A stretch of 64,000 nucleotides of DNA from positions 5,088,001 to 5,152,000 of the forward strand of contig CBDFJQ010000002.1 of NCBI GenBank assembly GCA_965248575.1, read 5' to 3'. The DNA comes from Planctomycetota bacterium. GTDB lineage: Bacteria > Planctomycetota > B15-G4. A program made the position numbers and the translations under genes. A model generated the notes under the pieces. It made no database searches, was not told the DNA's origin, and worked only from the letters and a program-made list of their open reading frames with translations. Positions 53,780 through 62,473 of the stretch are shown here, in pieces (within the stretch, counting starts at the first letter, position 1; every line of letters begins with the position of its first letter).

Positions 53780-56700
53780 ATTCAGACGTCGGACACGGGG
53801 GAGCGGAGCCGGCTGAGGGCGCTGCTCTCGACCCAGTTCCTGGGGGCGTTCAACGACAACGCGTGGAAGCTGTTCGTGATCGTCCTCGCGGGCCGCGGGT
53901 TGAGCAGCTTCCAGGGCGACGAGGCACAGCTCCTCAGCCAACGCCAGACCATGTTGGCCTTCGTGGTCTTCATCGTGCCCTTGATGGTCTGTTCGCTACC
54001 AGCTAGCGCCCTGGCGGACCGGGTAAGCAAGCGCAGCATCATCTTGGGTGCCAAGCTGCTCGAGCTGTTGCTGATGCTCATCGGCACCGCGGTCTTGGCG
54101 TGGGGCGCCGAGCCTCTGCTAGGGGCGTACTTCGTGCTCGGTTTCATGGGTCTGCAGAGCGCCTTCTTCGGTCCGGCAAAGTACGGCATCCTGCCCGAGC
54201 TCGTCCCCCACGAACGCTTGTCAGCAGCCAATGGGGCGCTGGAGAGTTCCACCTTCATGGCCATCATTGCGGGGACGGCCCTGGGTGCTCCGCTCATGTC
54301 CGGTGTGGGGCAGCCGTGGTTGGCGGGGGCAGTGCTCTCCGGGCTTTCGCTGATGGGCTTGCTGTTCGCGCGCGGGATCCCGCGCGTGCCCGCGGCCAGG
54401 CCGCAGGCCGTGAGTGTGCGCGAGACGGTGGCGGGTGCCTGGGGCTCCATGCGCGCAGACCGTCAGCTCTGGTTGGCAGTGGTGGGCGCGACCTGGTTCT
54501 GGGCCGTGGCCAGCGCCCTGGGTCAGAACATGATGGTCTACGCCCGCACCGTGCTGCTACTTCCCGAGTCCGCCATCGGAGTCCCCTTCCTGCTGTTCGG
54601 CATCGGTGTGGCGGGCGGCAGCTTGTTGGCAGGTCGCTTCTCCGAGTCCAAGGTCGAGGCGGGGTTGATTCCCCTTGGGGCCCTGGGATTGGGGCTCTTC
54701 ATCCTGCTGTTGGGCGCGCTGGCGCCAGGCCTGGTGCTGACCCTCGTGCTCATGGCGTTGATCGGTGTGTCGAGTGGCTTCCTGATCGTGCCGCTCGACG
54801 CCCTCATCCAGTGGCGCTCTCCCGCGCATCAGCGGGGCGCCATCATCGCGCTCATGAACGTGTTCGTCTCCGGCGGCATGCTGCTCGGTTCCCTGGGCGG
54901 TTGGCAGCTGGCGGAGCAGGACTTCTCCTCCCGCGGCATCATGCTGGGTGCCTCGCTGGTGACCTTGGTCGGGACGGCCTGGGCCCTGCGCCTGATGCCA
55001 GAGGCCCTGGTGCGGTTGGTGGCTTTCGTCTTCACCCACCTGGTCTATCGGGTACGGGTGGAAGGCCTGGAGCACGTGCCGCGCCGAGGCGGCGTGCTGC
55101 TCACGCCAAACCATGTGTCCTTCGTGGATGGCTTCTTCCTGATGGCCACGCTGGATCGTCGCGTGCGTTTCATCATCGCCCAGAGCCAGTACGACCGCCC
55201 GTTCGTGAAGCCCATCATGAAGGTTTTGGGGGCCATCCCCATCGCGTCCGATGGGGGCACCCGGGCCGTGTTGGGGGCGCTGCGCAAGGCGGGGGACGCC
55301 CTGGATGAAGGGCGCGTCGTGTGCATCTTTCCGGAGGGAGCGATCACCCGGACCGGGGCCTTGCAGCCGTTTAGACGGGGCATGGAGCGCATCGCCAAGG
55401 GGCGTCAGGTACCTGTGGTGCCCGTCCATCTGGATCGACTCTGGGGCAGCATCTTCAGTTTCTCTGGCGGGCGCTTCGTGAAGAAGTTGCCCAAACAGTT
55501 GCCCTACCCCGTCTCCGTGACCTACGGCGAGCCGCTGCACTCGGACACGCCCTTGACGGCCGTTCGGGATGCGGTGGCGACCCTGGGTGAGCGGGCGTGG
55601 TTTGCGCGCAAGGACGATCGCGCCCCGCTGCACCGCCCGTTCCTGAGTCTCGCCCGTCGCAAGCCCTGGGCCTTCTGTCTGGGCGATGCCTCGGACACCC
55701 GCACCTCGCGCCTCAAGGCTGCGGCGGGTGCAGTGGCCCTGGCCCGAGCGCTGCGCGGGGCGTGGGCAGGCCAGAGCCACGTCGGCATCCTGTTGCCGTC
55801 GACCGTGGGCGGGGCCCTCGCCAACGTGGCGGCTTCCGTGAGCGGTCGCACGAGCGTCAATCTCAACTTCACGACGGGGCCAGCCGGCTTGCAATCTGCG
55901 GCGAAGCAGGCCCAGCTGCGCACCGTCCTCACCAGCCGCGTGTTCTTGGAGAAGGCCCAGGTGGCGCTGCCCGAAGGGTTGGAGCCGCTGTGGATCGAAG
56001 ATGTGGTGGCGGCATTGGGCGTGGGCTCCCGGCTCGCGGCGGCCTTCGCCGTGCTGGCATTGCCCGCGCGCGTGCTGGAGCGTGCGTGCGGCGCTGCGAA
56101 GCCCGTCGAGATGGATGACGTCGCCACCGTCCTGTTCAGCAGCGGCAGCACCGGCGAGCCCAAGGGCGTGATGCTGACCCACTTCAACGTGGACAGCAAC
56201 GTGGACGCGGTGGCGCAGGTCTTTCGCCTGGAGGCCCAGGACCGGCTCTTGGGCATCCTGCCCCTGTTCCACTCCTTCGGTTTCATGTCGCTTTGGTTTG
56301 CCGTCAACAATGGGGTGCCGGTGGTTTTCCACCCCAACCCCTTGGACGCGGCTGCGGTGGGTGGTCTGGTGCATCGCGACCGACTCACCCTGTTGCTGGC
56401 GACGCCCACTTTCCTGCAGATGTATGTCCGCCGCTGCCGCCCCCATGAATTCGGGTCCTTGCGGCTCGTCTTGACGGGTGCGGAGAAGCTCAACGACAGT
56501 CTGGCGACCGCCTTCGAGGAGCGCTTCGGCATCCGTCCGCTGGAGGGCTATGGTGCGACGGAGTGCAGCCCCGTCATCGCCACGAGCATTCCGTCCTTCC
56601 GGGCTCCGGGCTTCTTTCAGCCGGGCTCGCGACGCGGCGCCGTGGGGCCGCCTTTGCCGGGCGTGGCACTGCGCATCGTGGATCCGGAGACGCGCGAGCC

Positions 56701-57193
56701 GGTGGGCGTGGGTCAGCCGGGCCTGCTGCTCGTGCGGGGCCCGAACGTCATGAAGGGCTATCTCGGGCGAGAGGATCTCACGGCCAAGGCCCTGCGAGAC
56801 GGTTGGTATGAGACCGGCGATCTGGCCTTGCAGGAGGCCGACGGATTCCTGCGCATCACGGATCGCCTCTCCCGTTTCTCCAAGATTGGTGGTGAGATGG
56901 TGCCCCACGGCCGTGTGGAAGAAGCCCTGCACGAGGCCGCTCAGGGTGACGGTAGGTTGTTCGCCGTGACGGCCCTGCCCGACGAACGCAAAGGAGAACG
57001 CTTGGCCGTCTTGACCACTCTCGATCAGCAGCACCTCCCGGCGGTTCTGGAGCGTCTCTCCAGCATGGGCCTACCGAACCTCTTCATTCCGCGCCTGGAC
57101 AGCTTCGTGAAGGTAGACGAGATTCCGATCCTGGGGACCGGCAAGACGGACCTGGCGCGGGTCAAGGCATGCGCCGCGGAGTCCCTGGCATGA
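53780..57193 (+). CDS. aas: MFS (LplT-like) + acyltransferase + acyl-ACP synthetase fusion
   Basis: TQFLGAFNDN and FFGPAKYGILPE (MFS); NHVSFVD and FPEG (PlsC); SSGSTGEPKG, EGYGATE and TGD (AMP-binding). Start inferred at ATT 53780. Confidence 0.9.
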   Translation: MQTSDTGERSRLRALLSTQFLGAFNDNAWKLFVIVLAGRGLSSFQGDEAQLLSQRQTMLAFVVFIVPLMVCSLPASALADRVSKRSIILGAKLLELLLMLIGTAVLAWGAEPLLGAYFVLGFMGLQSAFFGPAKYGILPELVPHERLSAANGALESSTFMAIIAGTALGAPLMSGVGQPWLAGAVLSGLSLMGLLFARGIPRVPAARPQAVSVRETVAGAWGSMRADRQLWLAVVGATWFWAVASALGQNMMVYARTVLLLPESAIGVPFLLFGIGVAGGSLLAGRFSESKVEAGLIPLGALGLGLFILLLGALAPGLVLTLVLMALIGVSSGFLIVPLDALIQWRSPAHQRGAIIALMNVFVSGGMLLGSLGGWQLAEQDFSSRGIMLGASLVTLVGTAWALRLMPEALVRLVAFVFTHLVYRVRVEGLEHVPRRGGVLLTPNHVSFVDGFFLMATLDRRVRFIIAQSQYDRPFVKPIMKVLGAIPIASDGGTRAVLGALRKAGDALDEGRVVCIFPEGAITRTGALQPFRRGMERIAKGRQVPVVPVHLDRLWGSIFSFSGGRFVKKLPKQLPYPVSVTYGEPLHSDTPLTAVRDAVATLGERAWFARKDDRAPLHRPFLSLARRKPWAFCLGDASDTRTSRLKAAAGAVALARALRGAWAGQSHVGILLPSTVGGALANVAASVSGRTSVNLNFTTGPAGLQSAAKQAQLRTVLTSRVFLEKAQVALPEGLEPLWIEDVVAALGVGSRLAAAFAVLALPARVLERACGAAKPVEMDDVATVLFSSGSTGEPKGVMLTHFNVDSNVDAVAQVFRLEAQDRLLGILPLFHSFGFMSLWFAVNNGVPVVFHPNPLDAAAVGGLVHRDRLTLLLATPTFLQMYVRRCRPHEFGSLRLVLTGAEKLNDSLATAFEERFGIRPLEGYGATECSPVIATSIPSFRAPGFFQPGSRRGAVGPPLPGVALRIVDPETREPVGVGQPGLLLVRGPNVMKGYLGREDLTAKALRDGWYETGDLALQEADGFLRITDRLSRFSKIGGEMVPHGRVEEALHEAAQGDGRLFAVTALPDERKGERLAVLTTLDQQHLPAVLERLSSMGLPNLFIPRLDSFVKVDEIPILGTGKTDLARVKACAAESLA

Positions 57194-58581
57194 GACGCCT
57201 TCCGGCTCGGACGGGCCCGGCACTGGGCGCGCTGCTTTGCGTGACGCTTGTCTTCGTGACCCAGTGTGCCGAGCCCGAGCGTGCTCCCTCCTTTCTCGTG
57301 GTCTCCATGGACACGACCCGGGCCGACCACCTCGGTGTCTATGGCTACCAACGGGACACCACTCCGCATCTCGATGCGCTGGCAGCCAGGGGCCTGGTGT
57401 TCGACCAGATGATCTCCGTTTCGGAGAACACGCTCATCTCCCACGCATCGATGTTCACGGGCCTGGTGCCCGCGGCGCACGGCGCGACGCACGTCGGCGA
57501 CGGGCAATCCCTGCCGCCGGCCGCCGTGACCATCGCTCAGGACTTCCAACACGCCGGCTATCAGACGGCGGGTTTCGTGGCCCATGGCGACTGGCTCAAC
57601 GCAGCCTTCGGCATGGATCGCGGCTTCGAGACGTTCAGCAGCGCGTATCGGGACGCAGACTCCGTGCTGGCTGAAGCGGCGGCCTGGCTCGAGGCTCGGG
57701 ATCGGGACCGCCCTTTCCTGCTGTTCGTACATCTCTTCGACGTTCACTCGGACGCGGGTCCCCGGCCCTACGAGGCCCCCGCGGGATTCGAAGGACGCTA
57801 CACATCCGGCTACAAGGGGCCCTGGCAGGACTGGGACAAGCAACGGGTGCAGGGAAGCGCGTTCCTGAATGCCGTGAGTGAGGGACACGTGGAACTCCAG
57901 CCTGCCGACCTCGCCCATATGGTCGATCAGTACGACGAAGGGCTCGCGGCGACGGATGCGGCACTCGGTGCCTTCATGGACGGTCCGGCACGGGAGGCCC
58001 TGGACCAAGCCTTCGTCCTCGTCAGTGCCGACCACGGGGAGGAGCTCGGGGACCACGGGCGCATGTTGCACGGCTCGTTCTACGACGAGGTCGTACGCAT
58101 TCCCGGAATTCTGGCGGCCCCGCGCCGACGCCCCGACAGCCTCGGCCCACCGCGCGTGGTGACGGAGCAGGTCCGGCTGATCGACGTGCGCCCGACGCTC
58201 CTGGCCCTGGCGGAGCTGCCTCGACCCGCACGCTGCCAGGGGGTTTCCTTGGCCTCCTGGCTTCGGGGGGCACGCACCAACTGCCCGTCCGGGCCTGCGG
58301 CCGTCTATCACCAGGTCTTGAGAATGGGCGGCTTCAAGCTGCTGAGGGACCGCAACGGGTCGCGGCTCTACAATCTGGAACTGGACCCAGGCGAGCGCAG
58401 CGACCTGTCAGGGGACCCGGCCCACAAGCAGCGTTTCCAGACCATGGTCGCGGAGTTGAACGAGATGCGCGCTCGGGACACTGCCTTGGGCGAGGAGCTG
58501 CAAAGCTTGGGCGAGTCCCATGTCCCGGGTGAGGAGGCCGCGGCGACGGAGGCCTTGAGGGCCATCGGCTACACCCGCTGA
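57190..58581 (+). CDS. Sulfatase-like (alkaline phosphatase superfamily) exported protein
   Basis: DTTRADHL, TLISHASMFTG, HLFDVH, ADHGEE and LYNLELDPGE motifs; ATGA overlap with aas. Confidence 0.88.
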   Translation: MRRLPARTGPALGALLCVTLVFVTQCAEPERAPSFLVVSMDTTRADHLGVYGYQRDTTPHLDALAARGLVFDQMISVSENTLISHASMFTGLVPAAHGATHVGDGQSLPPAAVTIAQDFQHAGYQTAGFVAHGDWLNAAFGMDRGFETFSSAYRDADSVLAEAAAWLEARDRDRPFLLFVHLFDVHSDAGPRPYEAPAGFEGRYTSGYKGPWQDWDKQRVQGSAFLNAVSEGHVELQPADLAHMVDQYDEGLAATDAALGAFMDGPAREALDQAFVLVSADHGEELGDHGRMLHGSFYDEVVRIPGILAAPRRRPDSLGPPRVVTEQVRLIDVRPTLLALAELPRPARCQGVSLASWLRGARTNCPSGPAAVYHQVLRMGGFKLLRDRNGSRLYNLELDPGERSDLSGDPAHKQRFQTMVAELNEMRARDTALGEELQSLGESHVPGEEAAATEALRAIGYTR

Positions 58582-58616
58582 CCGGTCGCGGCTGGCCCCG
58601 TCTGAACCGGTGTTGT

Positions 58617-58638
58617 CTCAGCCCCGCCTCGGGCTGAG
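58617..58638 (+). terminator. GC-rich hairpin downstream of the sulfatase-like gene
   Basis: CTCAGCCC-cgcctc-GGGCTGAG, an 8-bp stem with no U-tract. Confidence 0.4.
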
Positions 58639-58793
58639 GATCTGGTAGATTTGAGCCGTTCTCGGGGCGCCGCACATAAGGCGTCCCGTTGGGCCGGGCG
58701 GCGGGCCAGGGTTCGGATCGGGATCCGGGCCGGGGCAACGCGTCGCCAGCACACCGCACTCCGTCCCCTTGCACACTTTCTGAAGAGATCCCC

Positions 58794-59825
58794 ATGCCTC
58801 TCGTCCCGATGCGCACGCTCCTCGATCACGCCGCCGAGAACAACTACGGCGTGGCCGCCTTCAACGTCAACAACATGGAGCAGATCCAGGCCATCATGAC
58901 GGCTGCGGATGAGACGGAGAGCCCCGTGATCGTGCAGGCTTCCCGCGGCGCCCGTTCCTACAGCGATGACAACTACCTGCGTCACCTGATGCTCGCGGCG
59001 ATCGAGCTCAACCCCAAGTTGCCCATCGCCATGCACCAGGACCATGGCAATTCGCCGGCCACCTGCATGAGCGCCATCAACATGGGATTCACCTCCGTGA
59101 TGATGGACGGCTCCCTGGAAGAGGACGGCAAGACGCCAGCCTCCTGGGACTACAACGTGAAGGTCACACGTGAAGTCGTAAACGCAGCGCACGCCAAGGG
59201 CGTCACGGTGGAAGCCGAGCTTGGTTGCCTTGGCGGCATCGAGGATGGGCATGGCGCGGGCCTGACGGGCGAAGAGGCAATGGCCCACCTGACGGACCCC
59301 GAAGAGGCGGGGCAGTTCGTGAAGGAAACGGGTTGCGATGCCTTGGCCGTCGCCATCGGCACGAGCCACGGCGCCTACAAGTTCACGAAGAAGCCGAGTG
59401 GCAAGGTCCTGCGCATGGACGTGATCAAAGAGATCCACAAGCGCATGCCTGACTGCCACATCGTGATGCACGGCAGCTCCTCGGTGCCGCGCGAGCTGAT
59501 CGACATCATCAATCAGTACGGTGGCGAGATCCCCGAGACCTACGGTGTGCCTGTCGAGGACATCCAGGAGGGGATCCAGCACGGCGTGCGCAAGATCAAC
59601 GTCGACACGGACAACCGCCTGGCCATGACGGGTGCGGTGCGCAAGGCTCTGATGGAGAAGCCCGTCGAGTTCGATCTGCGCTACTACCTGAAGCCGGCCC
59701 GCGCGGCCATGGTCGAGGTGGTGCGTGCGCGCATGAAGTCTTTCGGCCAAGCGGGGCACGCCGGAGCCATCAAGATGCAGACCCTGGACGAGATGAAGGG
59801 CATCTACGACCTCGCGACGGCTTGA
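58794..59825 (+). CDS. fba: Class II fructose-bisphosphate aldolase
   Basis: [38 protein letters not shown] and KINVDTD motifs. Confidence 0.97.
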   Translation: MPLVPMRTLLDHAAENNYGVAAFNVNNMEQIQAIMTAADETESPVIVQASRGARSYSDDNYLRHLMLAAIELNPKLPIAMHQDHGNSPATCMSAINMGFTSVMMDGSLEEDGKTPASWDYNVKVTREVVNAAHAKGVTVEAELGCLGGIEDGHGAGLTGEEAMAHLTDPEEAGQFVKETGCDALAVAIGTSHGAYKFTKKPSGKVLRMDVIKEIHKRMPDCHIVMHGSSSVPRELIDIINQYGGEIPETYGVPVEDIQEGIQHGVRKINVDTDNRLAMTGAVRKALMEKPVEFDLRYYLKPARAAMVEVVRARMKSFGQAGHAGAIKMQTLDEMKGIYDLATA

Positions 59826-59861
59826 TGGGCCGGTCGTTGCAGCGGCCTGCTCGAAGGATGG

Positions 59862-62279
59862 TCATTCGTGGAGCACGAAGTCCGCTGCGGTCGTCGCCAC
59901 GCCCGTCTCGATGCTCTCGATCGTGAGGATCACGTTCCCGTTGGCGTCGTCCGAGCCCACCATTCGGTGGGGGATGCGCAGGCCGTGCACCTCGCGGAAG
60001 TCCTCGAAGGTGCTGCTGTAGGGGATGCTCACGCCCAGGCCGGGGGCGGTCTTCTGGCCCTCCAGCTTGAGCAGATCGCCGGTCTCAGCGTCCACGTAGA
60101 GAGCCATCGTCGGCAGCTCGTCGGCGAGTAGTTTCAGCTTCAGGACCTGGCGGTCGCCCAGCTTCTCCCGGCCCGTGATGTGATAGGAATCGCCGTACCC
60201 GCTCCAGTCGCTGAACGTCATGAGAGGGTTCTCCTGCCGCGCCTGCTTCAGGCTGACGCCCGCCAGGGAGATGAACGCACTCATGCTGGCACGCTTGGTG
60301 CCCACGCCGTCGCCGTAGGCTTCTTCGATGTGGCCGAAGGGGCCGAAATCCACGTCGAGCAGGTAGCGCTCGGGGCCATCGATGGTCCATTGGAGGCGAC
60401 CTGTCACTCCCGATTGGGCCATCCGAATTGTACCCGTTAGCTGCACAGCGCCCTGGTCGCGCAAGGCTTTGACTGCTGCGTTGCGGGACTCGAAGGCACA
60501 CAACTGTCGAACAGCTTCCTGGTCCGGGAGCTCTGCCAGCGCAGCAGCGACTCGCGTGCAGACACGCTGTGTTTCCCGCTCGTGGAGGGTGAAGGAGCTT
60601 GCGTTACTGCCGTCCTCCTGATGGAACTCCAGCCCGAGGCCAGGCACGGCCCGGAACCACCAGATGCCCTCCTCGTCTGGTGCCCTGAGCCGAAAGACCA
60701 TCTGTCCGGGAATGTCCACCGCAAGGCGGTTGTTGACGATCTCCACCTCCAGCTCGGCGCCGAGGGCGGGGTCGTCGTAGCGCCCGAGCAGTGTTGCCAC
60801 CTCGTCCAGATCGAACTCGAGCGGAAACTCGTAGCCCTCGCGGGGGTTTTCGAAGGACGCTCCCCCTTGATGCATCGTGAGTGACTGAACCCTGCCGGAC
60901 TCATCGCGCGAGAAGGTCGCGGCGATGGTGTTGGTCAGGGTGAAGTACCAGCGACCCTCCTCGTCGGGGTCGACCAACTCGAACAAGGACTGGCCCGGGA
61001 TGTTGATGGCGAGCTTGCCAGCCGCATTGACCTGAACCGTGAACTCGGCCTTGTTGAAGTGGGCGTAGTCGGCGATGAAGGTGCCGACAAAGTCTTCATA
61101 GTCCATGCTCACTGCGTCGCCGGACCCGGCCTCAGCCGGCTCCTGCTCGTTGCCCAGGACGGCTGACCAGACCATGTTGCGAACACCCGCCTGCAGCGAC
61201 GTCGCGGTCACATTGGTGAGCAGCACCAACCCGAGATTCTCTTCAGGCATGAGGGCCACGGCCGCACCGAAGCCGTCGATGTTGCCGCCGTGTTCCACCA
61301 CCTTGTGGCCTTCCCACTCACTCAACATCCAGCCCAGGCCGTAGTGGGTGTCGCCGCTGACGCGAATCTGCGGGCTGCGCATCTCGGCGATCTGGTCCGA
61401 GGCGATCAGGCGCGTCTCTGCGAATTGGCCGTCGGCGAGTTGCAGCCGCAGCCATTGGCTCATGTCCAGGACATGGGAGTTGATGGCGCCCGCCGGCGCG
61501 ATGGTGTCGAGCACCCGCATGGGGAGCTGGAGATAGTCTTCTGCGTCAGCGTCCCATTGGTAACCCAGGGAAAGGCGCGGGTCCTTCTGGGCCTCCTCGA
61601 CGGAGCTGTTGGAGCTGCTCATGCCGAGCGGGTCGAGCAGGCGTGCCTTCAGCAGGCTGTCGTAGTCGGTGTCAGCCGCCTTCGCAGCGGCTTCACCTGC
61701 TGCGAGGAACATGACGTTGTTGTAGTGGAAGTTCTTGCGGAAGTCGTCCCAGGGTTCGGCACCGGCAGCGACCTCGAGGATCTGGTCCCGGGAGGCCTCG
61801 CCACCGGCCCAGAGGATGCTCATGCGCGTGAAGCCAGTACGGTGGCAGACGAGGTCGCGCAGGGTGACTTCTTCGCCCTCATCAGCGCCCTCCAATGCGA
61901 GCTTGAAGCCGGGTAGGTACTTGGTGACGGGGTCATCCCAGGCCATGCGCCCTTCGCTGACGAGCATCGAGATGAGCGCAGTGGTGAAGGCCTTCGTCGA
62001 GGATCCGATGGCGAAGAGCGTCTCGGGGGTGACCGCAGCGCCTGTCTCGATGTTGGTCTCACCAAACCCCTTTGCGAGCAGGATCTCGTCGTCCTTCACG
62101 ATGGCGAGCGCCATGCCCGGGATGTGAAGTTCCACCCGTTGGGCTTCGAGTTGCTCAACCAAACTGTCGAGGCGAGCCTGCAAGGCCTCATCGACAGGTT
62201 GTGCCGACTGGGCAGCGAATGCGGGGCTGAACAGCTGGGTCAGGATCAGGGCGGCGGTGAAGGTCTGGCGGAACAGCAT
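59862..62279 (-). CDS. Secreted serine hydrolase (beta-lactamase/S12 family) with C-terminal accessory domains
   Basis: Signal peptide; SxxK (SSTK), YxN (YNN) and HGG motifs; two DUF3471-like repeats followed by a further domain. Confidence 0.9.
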   Translation of the reverse strand: MLFRQTFTAALILTQLFSPAFAAQSAQPVDEALQARLDSLVEQLEAQRVELHIPGMALAIVKDDEILLAKGFGETNIETGAAVTPETLFAIGSSTKAFTTALISMLVSEGRMAWDDPVTKYLPGFKLALEGADEGEEVTLRDLVCHRTGFTRMSILWAGGEASRDQILEVAAGAEPWDDFRKNFHYNNVMFLAAGEAAAKAADTDYDSLLKARLLDPLGMSSSNSSVEEAQKDPRLSLGYQWDADAEDYLQLPMRVLDTIAPAGAINSHVLDMSQWLRLQLADGQFAETRLIASDQIAEMRSPQIRVSGDTHYGLGWMLSEWEGHKVVEHGGNIDGFGAAVALMPEENLGLVLLTNVTATSLQAGVRNMVWSAVLGNEQEPAEAGSGDAVSMDYEDFVGTFIADYAHFNKAEFTVQVNAAGKLAINIPGQSLFELVDPDEEGRWYFTLTNTIAATFSRDESGRVQSLTMHQGGASFENPREGYEFPLEFDLDEVATLLGRYDDPALGAELEVEIVNNRLAVDIPGQMVFRLRAPDEEGIWWFRAVPGLGLEFHQEDGSNASSFTLHERETQRVCTRVAAALAELPDQEAVRQLCAFESRNAAVKALRDQGAVQLTGTIRMAQSGVTGRLQWTIDGPERYLLDVDFGPFGHIEEAYGDGVGTKRASMSAFISLAGVSLKQARQENPLMTFSDWSGYGDSYHITGREKLGDRQVLKLKLLADELPTMALYVDAETGDLLKLEGQKTAPGLGVSIPYSSTFEDFREVHGLRIPHRMVGSDDANGNVILTIESIETGVATTAADFVLHE

Positions 62280-62473
62280 GGGCCTGGTTTCGCGGAGTTG
62301 GGCGCAGGGACGGTTTCGGAGACGGCGTAGAGTATGCATTCATGCATCTCGCCAGCTTCCTGGGCTAGGCATCGACATGGAGCCGACATGTCGGGATCCT
62401 GTCCGGAACGACGGCTCGGCAGCGCTCTGCCCGCTTGTCGGCCCACACGCTTCCTCCTGCTCCGGGTGTGTTC

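Noticed and set aside
54557..57034. 825-aa antisense ORF, and similar long ones at 15911-17722, 28816-30333, 57025-58311 and 58569-59759
   Set aside because: They lie opposite well-supported genes and have no motifs; they are typical shadow ORFs of high-GC codon bias.
59862..62279. Antibiotic-resistance beta-lactamase
   Set aside because: It is a large multidomain S12 hydrolase with HGG rather than KTG; more likely a peptidase or esterase.
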